A DNA stretch of 64,000 bases from a virus. The translations under genes and the position numbers were made by a program. Position 1 is the first letter of the stretch, and every line of letters begins with the position of its first letter. The stretch is from positions 43,408 through 107,407 of the IMG/VR virus record IMGVR_UViG_3300046542_000168. The stretch is one strand, 5' to 3'. The notes under the pieces are model-generated. The model was given only the letters and a program-made list of their open reading frames with translations. It did no database searches and had not been told where the DNA came from. Below are positions 51,666 through 61,680 of this stretch, piece after piece.

Positions 51666-51941
51666 ATGTCGGACCAACAAAAGACCATAGCCCAGGTGGT
51701 TATGGCCCTGGTAAGCCAGGGGAAAGCCGCTGTAACGTTAGAAGGGGGCTATGCCGTCGATTATGCCGGAAAGCGTACTATGTTCGCCCCTGGTCACGTT
51801 GTATCTGAAAAGCGCAATAAAGCCGGACGTTGTACAGCCCTGGTCGTAAGCTATAAGGATAATTCTGTATTGTCCTTTACATGGTCGGAAAATGCCGGGG
51901 CCCGTTATCAGGTTAAACCGTCGATTAAGGGGAGCAATTAA
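51666..51941 (+). CDS. hypothetical early protein
   Basis: RBS AAGGAG. Confidence 0.75.
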   Translation: MSDQQKTIAQVVMALVSQGKAAVTLEGGYAVDYAGKRTMFAPGHVVSEKRNKAGRCTALVVSYKDNSVLSFTWSENAGARYQVKPSIKGSN

Positions 51942-51942
51942 A

Positions 51943-52212
51943 ATGCTAAAGGCCCATTTTATTCGCGACACTATAGACGCCGACAAAGGCGCCCCGCGTG
52001 TGGTCCGGGTTATCCTTTGCGATAATCATGGTTATCTAACGTATGCGGGGGAGTGTGGCTGCTCCCGCCAGCACGATTACCAACGCTTTGCAGTAGTCGG
52101 CACTTCCTACGGCTGGCTACATAATACCGCCGGTGATAAACGTTTCTGGCAATCTGAATCGGGCGCCCGCCATGCTCTTAAAAATTATCAGGGGGTTGAC
52201 CATGCCAACTAA
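51943..52212 (+). CDS. hypothetical early protein
   Basis: RBS GGAG, operon packing. Confidence 0.7.
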   Translation: MLKAHFIRDTIDADKGAPRVVRVILCDNHGYLTYAGECGCSRQHDYQRFAVVGTSYGWLHNTAGDKRFWQSESGARHALKNYQGVDHAN

Positions 52213-52543
52213 TAAACCTTTGCAGGCCGTCACCCTGTTACTTGATAGTAACCGTGGGGTTTATATCCCGCGTGACTTCCTGGCCCCTGGTACTAACTTG
52301 CCAGACTGGGACCACTGCCAATCCTGGGGCCTTACTTCTGAAAATCAGGGGCAATGGATAGCAGCTTGTCACCCTGGGAACGATGCCTACTGGGACGCCT
52401 GGACCTGGATTCTGGACAATGCCGAGTTTAAAGACGCAGACGGCAACTTATACCGCTTGCATCATGACGGGGATTTGTTCGGCTTGTGTTATGAGCGTAT
52501 GACGCCAGAAGAGCGTGCGAACTTCGGATTTGATGAGGATTAA
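52202..52543 (+). CDS. hypothetical early protein
   Basis: LLLDSNRGVYIP...YWDAW..ILD...DGDL. Confidence 0.72.
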   Translation: MPTNKPLQAVTLLLDSNRGVYIPRDFLAPGTNLPDWDHCQSWGLTSENQGQWIAACHPGNDAYWDAWTWILDNAEFKDADGNLYRLHHDGDLFGLCYERMTPEERANFGFDED

Positions 52544-52546
52544 AAA

Positions 52547-52780
52547 ATGGCTAGTACTTCAGCCCCTGGGCAGGCTCGCAAGCCGGTAAACGTCGATACT
52601 ATCAGAGTAGGCGACACCGTAGAAATTGACGGGGTTCTAAAAACCGTCTGCCCAGGTGACATTAAATCCGGCTTTATGGGAACTACTCTTTTCGGGGATT
52701 CTTACCGCCTGGGAACGGTGCCGGTTATTAAGGTTACGTTTGTTCTAGTTGAACCTGGGAGCGTTAAGCATGGCTCTTAA
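52547..52780 (+). CDS. hypothetical early protein
   Basis: IRVGDTV..DG..KTVC...GTTLFGDSY. Confidence 0.7.
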   Translation: MASTSAPGQARKPVNVDTIRVGDTVEIDGVLKTVCPGDIKSGFMGTTLFGDSYRLGTVPVIKVTFVLVEPGSVKHGS

Positions 52781-52979
52781 GTCTAAGGAACTTTGCCGCC
52801 GTATCCGGTTATCAGACGGGGCCGTAACTTTCCACGTTGTAACGTCCGAAGGTAAGTTAACCCAGGTTGCGGAATCAACTTTTCGCGATTATGAGGCGCG
52901 GGCATTCCGTACCGATTGTTTCCATGGTCGGCATGATAAGCAGTTCCAACGCTCTTTTAAAACCGTCTATTTCAATTAA
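52770..52979 (+). CDS. hypothetical early protein
   Basis: RBS GGAG, operon packing. Confidence 0.62.
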   Translation: MALKSKELCRRIRLSDGAVTFHVVTSEGKLTQVAESTFRDYEARAFRTDCFHGRHDKQFQRSFKTVYFN

Positions 52980-52989
52980 GGGGCCACGT

Positions 52990-53268
52990 ATGGCACGTAA
53001 TGAAGTTGTGCAAAAAGTTAAAGAATATATCCGCCAGCCTTACGCATGGCCGGGGGGTTATCCTGTTGTGTTGTTTATGGCTGATGGGGAGTGCCTTTGC
53101 TCCCAGTGTGCAAAAGAAAATTACCGCTTGATTAGCAAGGCCACGCGGGATAGTTTGCGCGATGGTTGGAAAGCAGCGGGAACCGATATCCACTGGGAAG
53201 GCGCTCCCCTGGTTTGTGCCAACTGCAATAAAGAAATCGAGTCAGCGTATGGGGAGCCGGAAGAGTGA
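52990..53268 (+). CDS. zinc-ribbon early protein
   Basis: YAWPGGYP, CxxC...CxxC. Confidence 0.72.
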   Translation: MARNEVVQKVKEYIRQPYAWPGGYPVVLFMADGECLCSQCAKENYRLISKATRDSLRDGWKAAGTDIHWEGAPLVCANCNKEIESAYGEPEE

Positions 53269-53537
53269 AAGAGAAACAAAAGGTTTTGAGGGGCCCGCGT
53301 GCCGGTAGTCGTCGGGCTATCTTAGAAGCCCTGGAAACGGGCGAAAGCGCTATTTTCTACGGTGAGCCAGGGGCGAGCCTGCAAAGCCTGCAATCGTCGG
53401 TAAGCTCGACTTACAGGGGCCCGGAAACCCTGGGGACGCAGGGGCTAGTCCAGACTGGCGGGGTTATGATGTTCGAGGGCGAATTGCCTACGCCAGTGAC
53501 CCGCGTTACGCGCCTGGGGCCCCCTGGGGCAGTCTGA
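53265..53537 (+). CDS. hypothetical early protein
   Basis: GTGA coupling. Confidence 0.65.
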   Translation: MKEKQKVLRGPRAGSRRAILEALETGESAIFYGEPGASLQSLQSSVSSTYRGPETLGTQGLVQTGGVMMFEGELPTPVTRVTRLGPPGAV

Positions 53538-53547
53538 AAAATAGTTA

Positions 53548-53576
53548 TTGCAGCATGCCGCATGCTGCTATAGAAT
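53548..53576 (+). promoter_or_regulatory. early promoter with operator
   Basis: TTGCAG-CATGCCGCATGCTGCTA-TAGAAT (17-bp spacer). Confidence 0.8.
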
Positions 53577-53624
53577 ACCTGGACACCACACGGAAACGCC
53601 CCGTAGGGCAAAGGAGTTATAACC

Positions 53625-54326
53625 ATGCAAGACATTAACGAATTGAAGGCTAAGCAAGCGCGTGAACTGGCAGACCTGAAGGCTATGCAGGACTTTGCCC
53701 AGTTGTTGCCCCTGGCGCCTTCCTATGTTCGCGCTAGCCTTGTGGCTGGCACTCCCCGCGCCACTATCAAGGTAGAGGGTATTGGCGGGGCCCTGGAAGC
53801 GCTCAAACTGTTTACAATCGTTCCGTTTACTGAATACCGCGACGGCTGCTTAAATCTAAAGCCTATCGCCTTCTGTAAAGGTATTGATGCGGATAAGCAC
53901 GCCGACCAATGGGCTGCTAGCCTTGTGGCCGAAACTACCTTTATCAGCGACCTGGGCCCCCATACTAAAGTTAAATTGAAGTTTTTCGCCCGTATACCTG
54001 GGGCGCTCCAGGCTAACGGCGTGGTACACATTACGCTAGCTATCAAGGGCCCGGACTATATCGGAATGTTTAACGCCCTGGGGGCAAGTTGCGAACTTAG
54101 CCCAGGGCGCAAGCAAGTTAGGCAGGGGACAAAGCGCCCTAACAATGCTTTGAATGGTTATTGTGATCGCGTTATTAGCTGGGCTAGTGACGATACAACG
54201 GCAAATTATGAATATTTAATTTGTTCTGATTATGCCGATCAAGACGCAACCGGCCCTAAAGAACTTTCGCACCTTTTCGGGCAGTTGCAGAATATGTCGG
54301 ACGAATTCGACAAAGGGGCTAAATAA
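53625..54326 (+). CDS. hypothetical early protein
   Basis: 233 aa, RBS AAGGAG. Confidence 0.75.
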   Translation: MQDINELKAKQARELADLKAMQDFAQLLPLAPSYVRASLVAGTPRATIKVEGIGGALEALKLFTIVPFTEYRDGCLNLKPIAFCKGIDADKHADQWAASLVAETTFISDLGPHTKVKLKFFARIPGALQANGVVHITLAIKGPDYIGMFNALGASCELSPGRKQVRQGTKRPNNALNGYCDRVISWASDDTTANYEYLICSDYADQDATGPKELSHLFGQLQNMSDEFDKGAK

Positions 54327-54682
54327 TGACTAATCGAATCGCTGTTAAAGTCTGCCTTTCCGATTCGCGTTATAATTATGTAACGGAAGTTAACGGCACT
54401 ATTGAAAACGCCCGCCGTTACTTTGTCGGCCAGGAAATAAACGTCGGCAGTGTTGAGGACCACGTACTTAAGTGCCTGGACGTTGTAGACGTTACGAATT
54501 ACAAACGTTTCCGCGTTAATTTCAACGGGCGTACAAAGGGCGCTATCGGTATCTGTTACAGCATTACCGACACCGTATGGGCCCCGGACGTGGAAGGGGC
54601 GCGGCTGGCCCTTTACGATAAGTACGAACATATTCACCGCGTTTATGAAACCGTCGAAGTTCCCCAGGAGGGCCAGCAATGA
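54326..54682 (+). CDS. hypothetical early protein
   Basis: TAATG coupling. Confidence 0.72.
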   Translation: MTNRIAVKVCLSDSRYNYVTEVNGTIENARRYFVGQEINVGSVEDHVLKCLDVVDVTNYKRFRVNFNGRTKGAIGICYSITDTVWAPDVEGARLALYDKYEHIHRVYETVEVPQEGQQ

Positions 54683-55017
54683 CTGCTTTTAATGTTTACA
54701 AAGGCCGTAAACTTATTGATACCGTTTTTTATAGCGGCCCAGGTAATACAGCGGAAAGCGTCAAAGCTTCCCTTATCGGCCACGATGGTTATGCTGCTGA
54801 TATCCGCGTAACTAAAGCCCGTGGCAAGCCTACCACCGAAGTGCAGCACGTTGTCCAGCTTGATTATGGTTATGGGCAACGCTGGGAGGACGTAACCGCC
54901 AGTACTGACTATAAAGAGGCAAAGGCCGATTTAAAGGCATACCGGGAAAATTCCCCGGAATATAAATCACGCCTGATTAAACGGCGCGTTAAAATTGAAC
55001 CGCAAGCAAACCAATAG
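54679..55017 (+). CDS. hypothetical early protein
   Basis: ATGA coupling; YG.G.WEDV...YREN. Confidence 0.72.
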   Translation: MTAFNVYKGRKLIDTVFYSGPGNTAESVKASLIGHDGYAADIRVTKARGKPTTEVQHVVQLDYGYGQRWEDVTASTDYKEAKADLKAYRENSPEYKSRLIKRRVKIEPQANQ

Positions 55018-55029
55018 TTAGGGGGCAAT

Positions 55030-55209
55030 ATGAAAGAGAAAACCGCTTATACAGTCGTGCTACAGGTTGAGAAATTCGCGGGCCTGGGGAAACATACCGT
55101 TAACATCCTGGCAAGCGATAAGGATAACGCCAGGACGGCGGCAATCGAAAAGGCCGAAAAGGACGGCCACAAAGTAACCAACTGCTTTACCGTGGAACTG
55201 GCGGGCTGA
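55030..55209 (+). CDS. hypothetical early protein (59 aa)
   Basis: RBS AGGGGG; just below the ORF-track cutoff. Confidence 0.62.
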   Translation: MKEKTAYTVVLQVEKFAGLGKHTVNILASDKDNARTAAIEKAEKDGHKVTNCFTVELAG

Positions 55210-55293
55210 ATAGTTTTTTAGATGGCCCTGGCTCCCAGGGCCATTTATAAAGACTGTTTATCAATGGCAAGTATGCTAAGCAAGGGGCAAGAT

Positions 55294-55578
55294 ATGAACG
55301 CAAGCGAACTCAAGGCAAAGGTAGAGGAAGCCGGACACGAACCGTATTTTTTCAGCCGTAAGACAATGAAAACCTTCGGCGATTCTATGCGGAATTACGG
55401 CGTGCGTTCTGCCGTCATTGTTAGCGAGTATGGCGCCGATGGTAATTACCTTGGCCAGGAAGGCGAGACGGTCGAAGTCTGGGAGCTGTACCGCAAACGT
55501 CCAGTTAGTGGCGGGCTTTCGGGTTCCTCCTATTTCCGTAAAGACAAGTTCAGTCAAGTTTTCCCGAAGGGGGAATAG
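55294..55578 (+). CDS. hypothetical early protein
   Basis: FFSRKTMK.FGD motif. Confidence 0.7.
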   Translation: MNASELKAKVEEAGHEPYFFSRKTMKTFGDSMRNYGVRSAVIVSEYGADGNYLGQEGETVEVWELYRKRPVSGGLSGSSYFRKDKFSQVFPKGE

Positions 55579-55583
55579 ACCCC

Positions 55584-55940
55584 ATGCATAAGTCTATCTG
55601 CTATCACACTCGGTTAGATGGTAACAATACCATTAAACTGACGGGGGGAAGTTTCAGCGGCTCTATCGATTCCGAAACGGTTAACCGGATTGTAAAGGCG
55701 TTCTTTACTGTTAAAGTAAAACCGTCCGGGCGCCTTGTTTTTGTCGATAAGCAGGAACGTGAAGTTAGTTTGTATCTCTCGATTAGTCCCGACGATACAG
55801 ACGCGGGGAAAGCAGCCCAGGCGGAATACCTGAAAGAGCGGGGCCAACTGCAAAAGGCAGAAGAGGAAAAGGAAAGGCAAATTAACGACCTAATGGGCAG
55901 TTTGTCGAGCGATGAAATTATCAGGCGTCTAACGGAATAA
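55584..55940 (+). CDS. hypothetical early protein
   Basis: RBS, operon packing. Confidence 0.7.
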   Translation: MHKSICYHTRLDGNNTIKLTGGSFSGSIDSETVNRIVKAFFTVKVKPSGRLVFVDKQEREVSLYLSISPDDTDAGKAAQAEYLKERGQLQKAEEEKERQINDLMGSLSSDEIIRRLTE

Positions 55941-55950
55941 GGGGGCTTTA

Positions 55951-56232
55951 ATGAAGTTGCCACCCTGGTTAAGACCTAGCCCCCCGCCACTTATCATAGG
56001 GGATAAGTTAGACTTTAACGCCCTATCCCCTGAGCTTGCCGCCATTCTCAAGGCGATTATAGGTAAGCTAGACCGGGAGGATTTAGGGGATCTAGAGCGG
56101 GCCCAGGTAAAGGCCCTATATCAGAAACTGGACGGCCCCACGTACAGGATAGTAACGCGGGGAATGTTCGACACATACGGGGCTCCAGTCGAGCATATAA
56201 AGGGCTTACCACCTGACCCCCGGCGAAAGTAG
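55951..56232 (+). CDS. hypothetical early protein
   Basis: RBS AAGGGGG. Confidence 0.65.
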   Translation: MKLPPWLRPSPPPLIIGDKLDFNALSPELAAILKAIIGKLDREDLGDLERAQVKALYQKLDGPTYRIVTRGMFDTYGAPVEHIKGLPPDPRRK

Positions 56233-56348
56233 CCTAGGCCCTGGGGAACGCTCCCAGGGGCCCAGGAAGCGGCCCAGGCTCCCCAGGTAAGCCCCTGGCC
56301 CTACGGCCTATCGGTTTTCTCTTACACTAGCGCCGAAAGTGGTATATT

Positions 56349-56376
56349 AAGCCCCGTCCCCTTGACGGGGCTTTTT
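56349..56376 (+). terminator. intrinsic terminator
   Basis: AAGCCCCGTC/GACGGGGCTT-TTT. Confidence 0.75.
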
Positions 56377-56397
56377 AATACACTTAGAATTCCTACC

Positions 56398-56416
56398 GCA
56401 GCATAAGACATGCTGC
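56398..56416. promoter_or_regulatory. operator copy
   Basis: GCAGCATA-AGA-CATGCTGC. Confidence 0.65.
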
Positions 56417-56454
56417 AATAACACAACGTAAAGCTAGGGTAAGGACGTAAGCTA

Positions 56455-56826
56455 GTGAAAAAGAAGTCAGATAATTATGAGCGGTTGCAGTTGGGGTTCC
56501 ACTTGTGGGAGGGGAGCGCTCCGCACCTGGGCCGGTCGCGTAAGGAATCGCAAGCCGACTTGCCTATCAGGGCGAGCGAGCACGATAAGAATTTTGACCT
56601 TTTCAAGCTTACTGACGTGTGGACCCACGACGGCTGGCTAATAACGTCGAGCAGCCTAACCGGGTGCATCGTCCGTTGTAATGTCCGCAAGGGTACTCAA
56701 GTCGGAATGTATGTCGTAGAGGATACCGAACTTTTTTACCACAGTAACAGCGGTTTGCCGCATGAAACTAAATTCGACGACGTACCGACCGCCCTGGGGA
56801 GCGGGCCCAGCATTAAAGCCGCGTAG
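56455..56826 (+). CDS. hypothetical early protein
   Basis: GTG start, TAAGGA RBS. Confidence 0.6.
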   Translation: MKKKSDNYERLQLGFHLWEGSAPHLGRSRKESQADLPIRASEHDKNFDLFKLTDVWTHDGWLITSSSLTGCIVRCNVRKGTQVGMYVVEDTELFYHSNSGLPHETKFDDVPTALGSGPSIKAA

Positions 56827-56967
56827 TAATTAATTGTAAAAACCTAGTCTAGTGGGGGTTGTCGGGGAGGCAAAAAGCCACTAGACTAGGGGCAAGCAAC
56901 AAAAAACGCCCCCAGGGGCACCGGAATTCAGTAAGTCAGTAAGCCACGCAAGAAAGGAGCTAGACCG

Positions 56968-57423
56968 ATGAAATTAACCCCCGTACAAGCCCGCAACAAA
57001 ATCCGCCAGGAACTGGACAAAGGCAACGGTGCATATATTGACGCCCGTTTCTATAACGTCCGCGTATCCGCTGGCGTTCTTCAGGTTAGCTATGATTTTA
57101 AAACCTGGACCGACGTGAAGCCTGGGAGCGAATTCCGTAACTACTGGGGTTCCGCTATGTTCACTTATGAGCTGGAAACTAACTACAAGGCTTTAACTGT
57201 AGTTTCGGCCAGCTTCTATAATCCTGATTCGGAGTTTGTTAAACCCTGGGCCGAAACTTTCCAGGCCGGGGCTATGATCGAAGTTGTACGCGAAACCGCG
57301 ACACTTTATGTCATAGCCCCCATGGGCTTCGAACAAAAGGTTAATAAGTCCACCGGCTTGTTGGTCGCTTATAAGGGTTCGAAAACTTCCGTACAGTTTC
57401 AGGCACCTGGGGCAGGGGTTTAA
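56968..57423 (+). CDS. hypothetical early protein
   Basis: RBS AAGGAG. Confidence 0.75.
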   Translation: MKLTPVQARNKIRQELDKGNGAYIDARFYNVRVSAGVLQVSYDFKTWTDVKPGSEFRNYWGSAMFTYELETNYKALTVVSASFYNPDSEFVKPWAETFQAGAMIEVVRETATLYVIAPMGFEQKVNKSTGLLVAYKGSKTSVQFQAPGAGV

Positions 57424-57425
57424 TC

Positions 57426-58022
57426 ATGGCTAAGACTAAAGCGTATTACCACCTTAAAGGCGTTAACGACTTCGAAGCCGGGAAGCCTTGCGCCCCTGCT
57501 AGCGAATCCTGGCAGAGTGTGGCTTATGTCACTGGCTACAAGTCCGCTCAAGTTGATAAAAAGAACCGTGAGCAAGCGGAACATATATACGCGACCACGG
57601 ACATTATTAAGCATGATGTCGAATCGTTCGTTAATGGTTATTTAGTCGCGGCTCTATGGTCCTCTAGCGATACGCTCCCAGGTAAAGACGGGGAGGAAGG
57701 CGAGACGGTTAACCTAGATAATTTCGATTGGGCAGACGGCCAGGAAGCAAAGTTAATGGGCGATTGTCTGGCGTTTATCCAGGCCAATGCAGCCGACTTA
57801 ATCCATTATGAACAAGTTAAAACGCATGCCCCTGGTTATGGTGCCTGGGAGTGTGCCGGCCACGACTTTTGGCTTACCCGTAACGGCCATGGGGCTGGAT
57901 TCTGGGATAGAGGGCTAGGGGAGCTAGGCCAACGCCTTACAGAAGCATGTAAAGCGTTTAGCGGGGTTGACCTGTACCTGGGCGACGATGAGCAAGTATA
58001 CGCTAGCGGCCTGGGGGGTTAA
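57426..58022 (+). CDS. hypothetical phage protein
   Basis: Y..AALWSS...AGHDFWLTRNGHGAGFWDR motif. Confidence 0.75.
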   Translation: MAKTKAYYHLKGVNDFEAGKPCAPASESWQSVAYVTGYKSAQVDKKNREQAEHIYATTDIIKHDVESFVNGYLVAALWSSSDTLPGKDGEEGETVNLDNFDWADGQEAKLMGDCLAFIQANAADLIHYEQVKTHAPGYGAWECAGHDFWLTRNGHGAGFWDRGLGELGQRLTEACKAFSGVDLYLGDDEQVYASGLGG

Positions 58023-58025
58023 GTT

Positions 58026-58586
58026 ATGGCTAAGTCTAAAGCTGATTTTGTCGCTGAAGGGCGGGCGTCTTATAATCACCCGTCGCGGGTTAGTGGCTCG
58101 ATTACAGATACAACGATGGCACTTTTCGGCCTGGGGCATTCCTGGCAAGCTAAAGCCTTTGCAGAAGGCTGGAAAGCGGCCCATGCTGAAACTAAGCAGG
58201 AAGGCGAGCAAGCCCCCCAGGCTGCCCAGGTAGTCGCCACACAAGGCGAGACTATTCAAGTCCCGACAACTAAAGGGAATACGCCCGTTGAGATCCTGGC
58301 GGAATACGTGTGGCCAGTTAATGGCTCTACTATCCGCTTTGTCTTACATATTGAGCCCAGCGGCCAGGACCGTCTAACTGTTAGCGAATATCGTACCGGA
58401 TTCGGGTTAGGTAATGTCCGCATGCAGTGGGATCTATTCCGGCGATTGTCGGACGGATACACGAAAAAAGACCTAGCCCGCTTTTGTGAGGCTCAAGTAT
58501 TGGAAGTTATCCTAAAGCATGGGACTGATAAGCTAGTCCAGGCCCTGGCGGATAAACCCACTATTAACTCCCAGGGGGGCAACTAA
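58026..58586 (+). CDS. hypothetical early protein
   Basis: N-terminus (MAK.K...G.....SWQ..A...G.K.A) resembles that of the preceding gene. Confidence 0.72.
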   Translation: MAKSKADFVAEGRASYNHPSRVSGSITDTTMALFGLGHSWQAKAFAEGWKAAHAETKQEGEQAPQAAQVVATQGETIQVPTTKGNTPVEILAEYVWPVNGSTIRFVLHIEPSGQDRLTVSEYRTGFGLGNVRMQWDLFRRLSDGYTKKDLARFCEAQVLEVILKHGTDKLVQALADKPTINSQGGN

Positions 58587-58904
58587 ATGCCCATCCTACT
58601 GTCACAAACTTATGAGATTGTAACCGAGGAAAGTGCCCAGGACGGGGAAGCGGCAGAAAACGGGTTCGACTTTGAAAACGTAAGTTACGGCTTTCGTGAA
58701 CTTGTGGACTATATCGATTCCGAAGGTTTTAACGTACCTTCTTGCTCCCCTGGCGTTCCTGGCTGGCTTTCAACTCAAGTTATAGAGGATCGCGCATACT
58801 TCGAACGGGGCGAGCATAGAACGCTTTCCTTGCATCCTGGGAAAGATAAGCGTTCCCAGAAGTACTGGGCTAAAGCTTGTCGGGCTGCTGGGGTTATCAA
58901 ATGA
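58587..58904 (+). CDS. hypothetical early protein
   Basis: TYEIVTEESA.DG motif. Confidence 0.72.
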   Translation: MPILLSQTYEIVTEESAQDGEAAENGFDFENVSYGFRELVDYIDSEGFNVPSCSPGVPGWLSTQVIEDRAYFERGEHRTLSLHPGKDKRSQKYWAKACRAAGVIK

Positions 58905-59095
58905 TAGAGCGTAACCGTAACCCCATTGGCCGCTTAGGTAATATCGTTTTCGGGCTGGCCACCCTGGCAGACGGGTTAATCCGGGTAATTAGCCTGGGTT
59001 ATTTACATACGCGCTTCCCGGTCAACCTGTCTAAAAGCCAAACAAAACGCTATTTAATGCGGATAAAAGCCGCTAGGGTAGTGGGCAAGCAATGA
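58901..59095 (+). CDS. hypothetical early protein
   Basis: ATGA coupling on both sides. Confidence 0.62.
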   Translation: MIERNRNPIGRLGNIVFGLATLADGLIRVISLGYLHTRFPVNLSKSQTKRYLMRIKAARVVGKQ

Positions 59096-59472
59096 CAAGC
59101 AAGGCGCTAGACCGGATAATGGGACGCCTAGATAAGGCGCTTGCAAAGGCTATGCAGATAGCCCTAACCGAGATTGAAAAGGAGGCCAGGAAGGCTATAG
59201 AGGCTAGCCCGGATACAGTTAAAAGCTTTTGTATGGCAATGGGGAGTGCATCTTTCCACGTTGTCTGGCTTGAAAACTGGGACGGGGAGCCGATGCCTAG
59301 GGATGAGCATATAAACCCGGATGAATTCGAAAAGTATGGGCATATAAACCGCCATGCTGGAAATATTGCAAAGCTGTTAAATGAATATAATTGTATGTTG
59401 CGGCTTACCGGCTATCCGATGAAAATAGTACGCGACGACGACGGCGAACTTATTAAACTTAAAGACTGGTGA
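59092..59472 (+). CDS. hypothetical early protein
   Basis: ATGA coupling. Confidence 0.7.
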   Translation: MTSKALDRIMGRLDKALAKAMQIALTEIEKEARKAIEASPDTVKSFCMAMGSASFHVVWLENWDGEPMPRDEHINPDEFEKYGHINRHAGNIAKLLNEYNCMLRLTGYPMKIVRDDDGELIKLKDW

Positions 59473-59476
59473 ACCT

Positions 59477-59755
59477 ATGACGACTCAATCAATTCCTTTA
59501 GATCAACTGCAAACTGTACTAGAACATAAGTTCCAGTTTCGCCATATTAAAAACGCCAGGACTGCTAAAGGCTTTTTTGTAAAATTGGAACGGTGCCCGC
59601 TCCCCATCTATAACGATAATGCGGAATATTCCGGGGCCGATCTATTGTCTATGCTGGGCAAGCTAACCGAGTGGGAAAAGACTATTGCAGAATGTAGGGA
59701 AGGACTCTATGACGCTCTAGCAGCCCAGGTAAAGGCCCAGCAAGCTAACCGCTAA
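59477..59755 (+). CDS. hypothetical early protein
   Basis: operon packing, followed by terminator. Confidence 0.68.
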   Translation: MTTQSIPLDQLQTVLEHKFQFRHIKNARTAKGFFVKLERCPLPIYNDNAEYSGADLLSMLGKLTEWEKTIAECREGLYDALAAQVKAQQANR

Positions 59756-59769
59756 GCTTTAAACCTATC

Positions 59770-59802
59770 GCCCCGCCTGGGCTTACCTGGGCGGGGCTTT
59801 TT
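59770..59802 (+). terminator. intrinsic terminator
   Basis: GCCCCGCC...GGCGGGGC-TTTTT. Confidence 0.75.
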
Positions 59803-59863
59803 ATTGCCCAGGCGTTAACGATCGTTTGACGGCCCCAGGGGGACTAAGTAGCATTCCGCTATC

Positions 59864-60091
59864 ATGGTAGGAGGTAGGCAAGTGAGGGCGTTTCAAACCG
59901 CGTTATTGACTATTTGTGTCGTGCTAGTGGGGGCTAGGCTAGCGGTTAGCTTTAAACAGTCTGTAGAGCCCCAGGAAGCGGCCCAGGTAAGGCCGGACAA
60001 TCCAGACCTATCCCAGGTAGCGGAAAGGGCGGGGACTGCCCACCTATGCCGGGAATCGCCATTCCTAACCGTGTGCAGCCAGATTTTCTAA
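59864..60091 (+). CDS. small membrane-anchored protein
   Basis: N-terminal hydrophobic segment; true start may be GTG 59882 after AGGAGGT. Confidence 0.5.
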   Translation: MVGGRQVRAFQTALLTICVVLVGARLAVSFKQSVEPQEAAQVRPDNPDLSQVAERAGTAHLCRESPFLTVCSQIF

Positions 60092-60108
60092 AGGATGAAA
60101 ATAAGCTA

Positions 60109-60137
60109 TTGCAGCATGCGGCATGCTGCTATAGAAT
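60109..60137 (+). promoter_or_regulatory. early promoter with operator
   Basis: TTGCAG-CATGCGGCATGCTGCTA-TAGAAT. Confidence 0.8.
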
Positions 60138-60200
60138 GCTAAGCACGGGGACGGCAAAGGGCCTAACCGCTAAGCCTAGTAAGGCAAAGGAAGCTAAAAA

Positions 60201-60695
60201 ATGAACATTATGAAATTCGCCCACTTTACCGCTAAACGTGACCGCGCCACCTATCCAACCCTGTACAAGTCCTATCGTGAGGCGCTTTCGTTCAAACTGT
60301 ATAAAGCCCATCAGATGGTTCGCCGTGGGGAATGCCTGGAAGCGGCAGTAACCGAACTTAAGAAAATCGACCGTCGCATTGCTGGGGAAAAGGCAGTTGT
60401 ACGCGCAGCCGTTCGCAATGCCATTAAGTTGGGCCACGCTGTTAGCTTGTACGATGGGGAAGAGTGGTGTGTTAAAGGTTCCACTAGTGAAAAAGAAGTT
60501 ATGGAAAACATATACGCGACCGATATGGAAACGTTGAGTTTCCGCAACTCTACAGGCGTAGTCGGAAAGGTTTATCTAGTTTACGGGAATAGCGCTAGTG
60601 AGGTTATTTCCGATCATACCGACTCTGAAGCCGTGGATATTATCCTGGCCCCTGCTAATCGTCGGGCTGATAAATATGCGGCCCTGGGCCTGTAA
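60201..60695 (+). CDS. hypothetical early protein
   Basis: V..YDGEEW...LVYGN...EVISDHT. Confidence 0.75.
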   Translation: MNIMKFAHFTAKRDRATYPTLYKSYREALSFKLYKAHQMVRRGECLEAAVTELKKIDRRIAGEKAVVRAAVRNAIKLGHAVSLYDGEEWCVKGSTSEKEVMENIYATDMETLSFRNSTGVVGKVYLVYGNSASEVISDHTDSEAVDIILAPANRRADKYAALGL

Positions 60696-60757
60696 GTAAA
60701 CAATCCAGCCCAGGCGAAAGCCTGGGCCCCCTGGTAAGTCAGTAAGGAAGCGCAATT

Positions 60758-61180
60758 ATGAATGCTATGTCTCTAGCCCATAACTTGACTAAGGCCCATA
60801 ACCTGGGCGCGGCAGTTCGCAACTATAAGGAAAGTTTTTCTAACTTCCTGGCCCATTCCCACAAAGTGGAAAAGCAAGTTGTAAAGCGTGACGCTAAGTA
60901 TCTAATTACTTACCCTGTAGCGCGTGGCTTCGCGATTGTCGATATCCGCAACTTGCCAGTGTTTAGCGCTTCCCGCGACGTTATCATGGTGGGGGTTGAT
61001 AACTGGACTATTAAGGGGAATGTTCGGACCCGCCACGGCTGGAATATTGAAAGCCATTCCGGTTATTACCTGGACTGGCTTAATGAAAGCCTGGGGCAGT
61101 TCGTTAACTTCGCCGGGGAATATCGGGAACTTTGCTTGCTACTTGAATTTAACGGCAATCTGTACCGCTTAACTAAGTAA
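60758..61180 (+). CDS. hypothetical early protein
   Basis: TAAGGA RBS. Confidence 0.7.
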   Translation: MNAMSLAHNLTKAHNLGAAVRNYKESFSNFLAHSHKVEKQVVKRDAKYLITYPVARGFAIVDIRNLPVFSASRDVIMVGVDNWTIKGNVRTRHGWNIESHSGYYLDWLNESLGQFVNFAGEYRELCLLLEFNGNLYRLTK

Positions 61181-61190
61181 GGGGCTTACT

Positions 61191-61385
61191 ATGGCACGCC
61201 GTGCGAATTATCTAACCCGTGGTCAATACTGCGCCCTGATTAGGGCCCAGCATGATGCAATAAACGCGGCAATAGAGTGCCGTCTGCCTGTTACGTGCCT
61301 AGACTCTATTTTTGATTGTGCAGTGACCTGGGATAGTGGTTATTCGTGCTACACTATCCACCACAAACGAAAGTACAATTTTTAA
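61191..61385 (+). CDS. hypothetical early protein
   Basis: RBS AAGGGG. Confidence 0.62.
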   Translation: MARRANYLTRGQYCALIRAQHDAINAAIECRLPVTCLDSIFDCAVTWDSGYSCYTIHHKRKYNF

Positions 61386-61396
61386 CCGAGGTTCAA

Positions 61397-61615
61397 ATGT
61401 CACTCCCAGTAGTTAAAGTTTTCGAAGGCGGCGAAGTGCAAGCCGTTGTAAAGCGCGATGCCAAGTGGGATGAATACGTTGTCGAATTCTGGATTCGCGA
61501 AAAGGTACAGGGCCGATTTGCCCACCGGCCCCAGGCTGATTACCGCACTAGTGATAAGCAGGACGCGCTAGACACGGCAAAGGCCGCTGCAAACTCCCGT
61601 GATTTACAGCGCTAG
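61397..61615 (+). CDS. hypothetical early protein
   Basis: GAGGT RBS; W.EYVV.F...DY.T.DK.DA..TA. Confidence 0.68.
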   Translation: MSLPVVKVFEGGEVQAVVKRDAKWDEYVVEFWIREKVQGRFAHRPQADYRTSDKQDALDTAKAAANSRDLQR

Positions 61616-61680
61616 CGTCTAACCCCTACAATCGAGCCAGGGCGGGAAGTGGCCCCCCTGGTTAGATGGTAAGGCAAGGA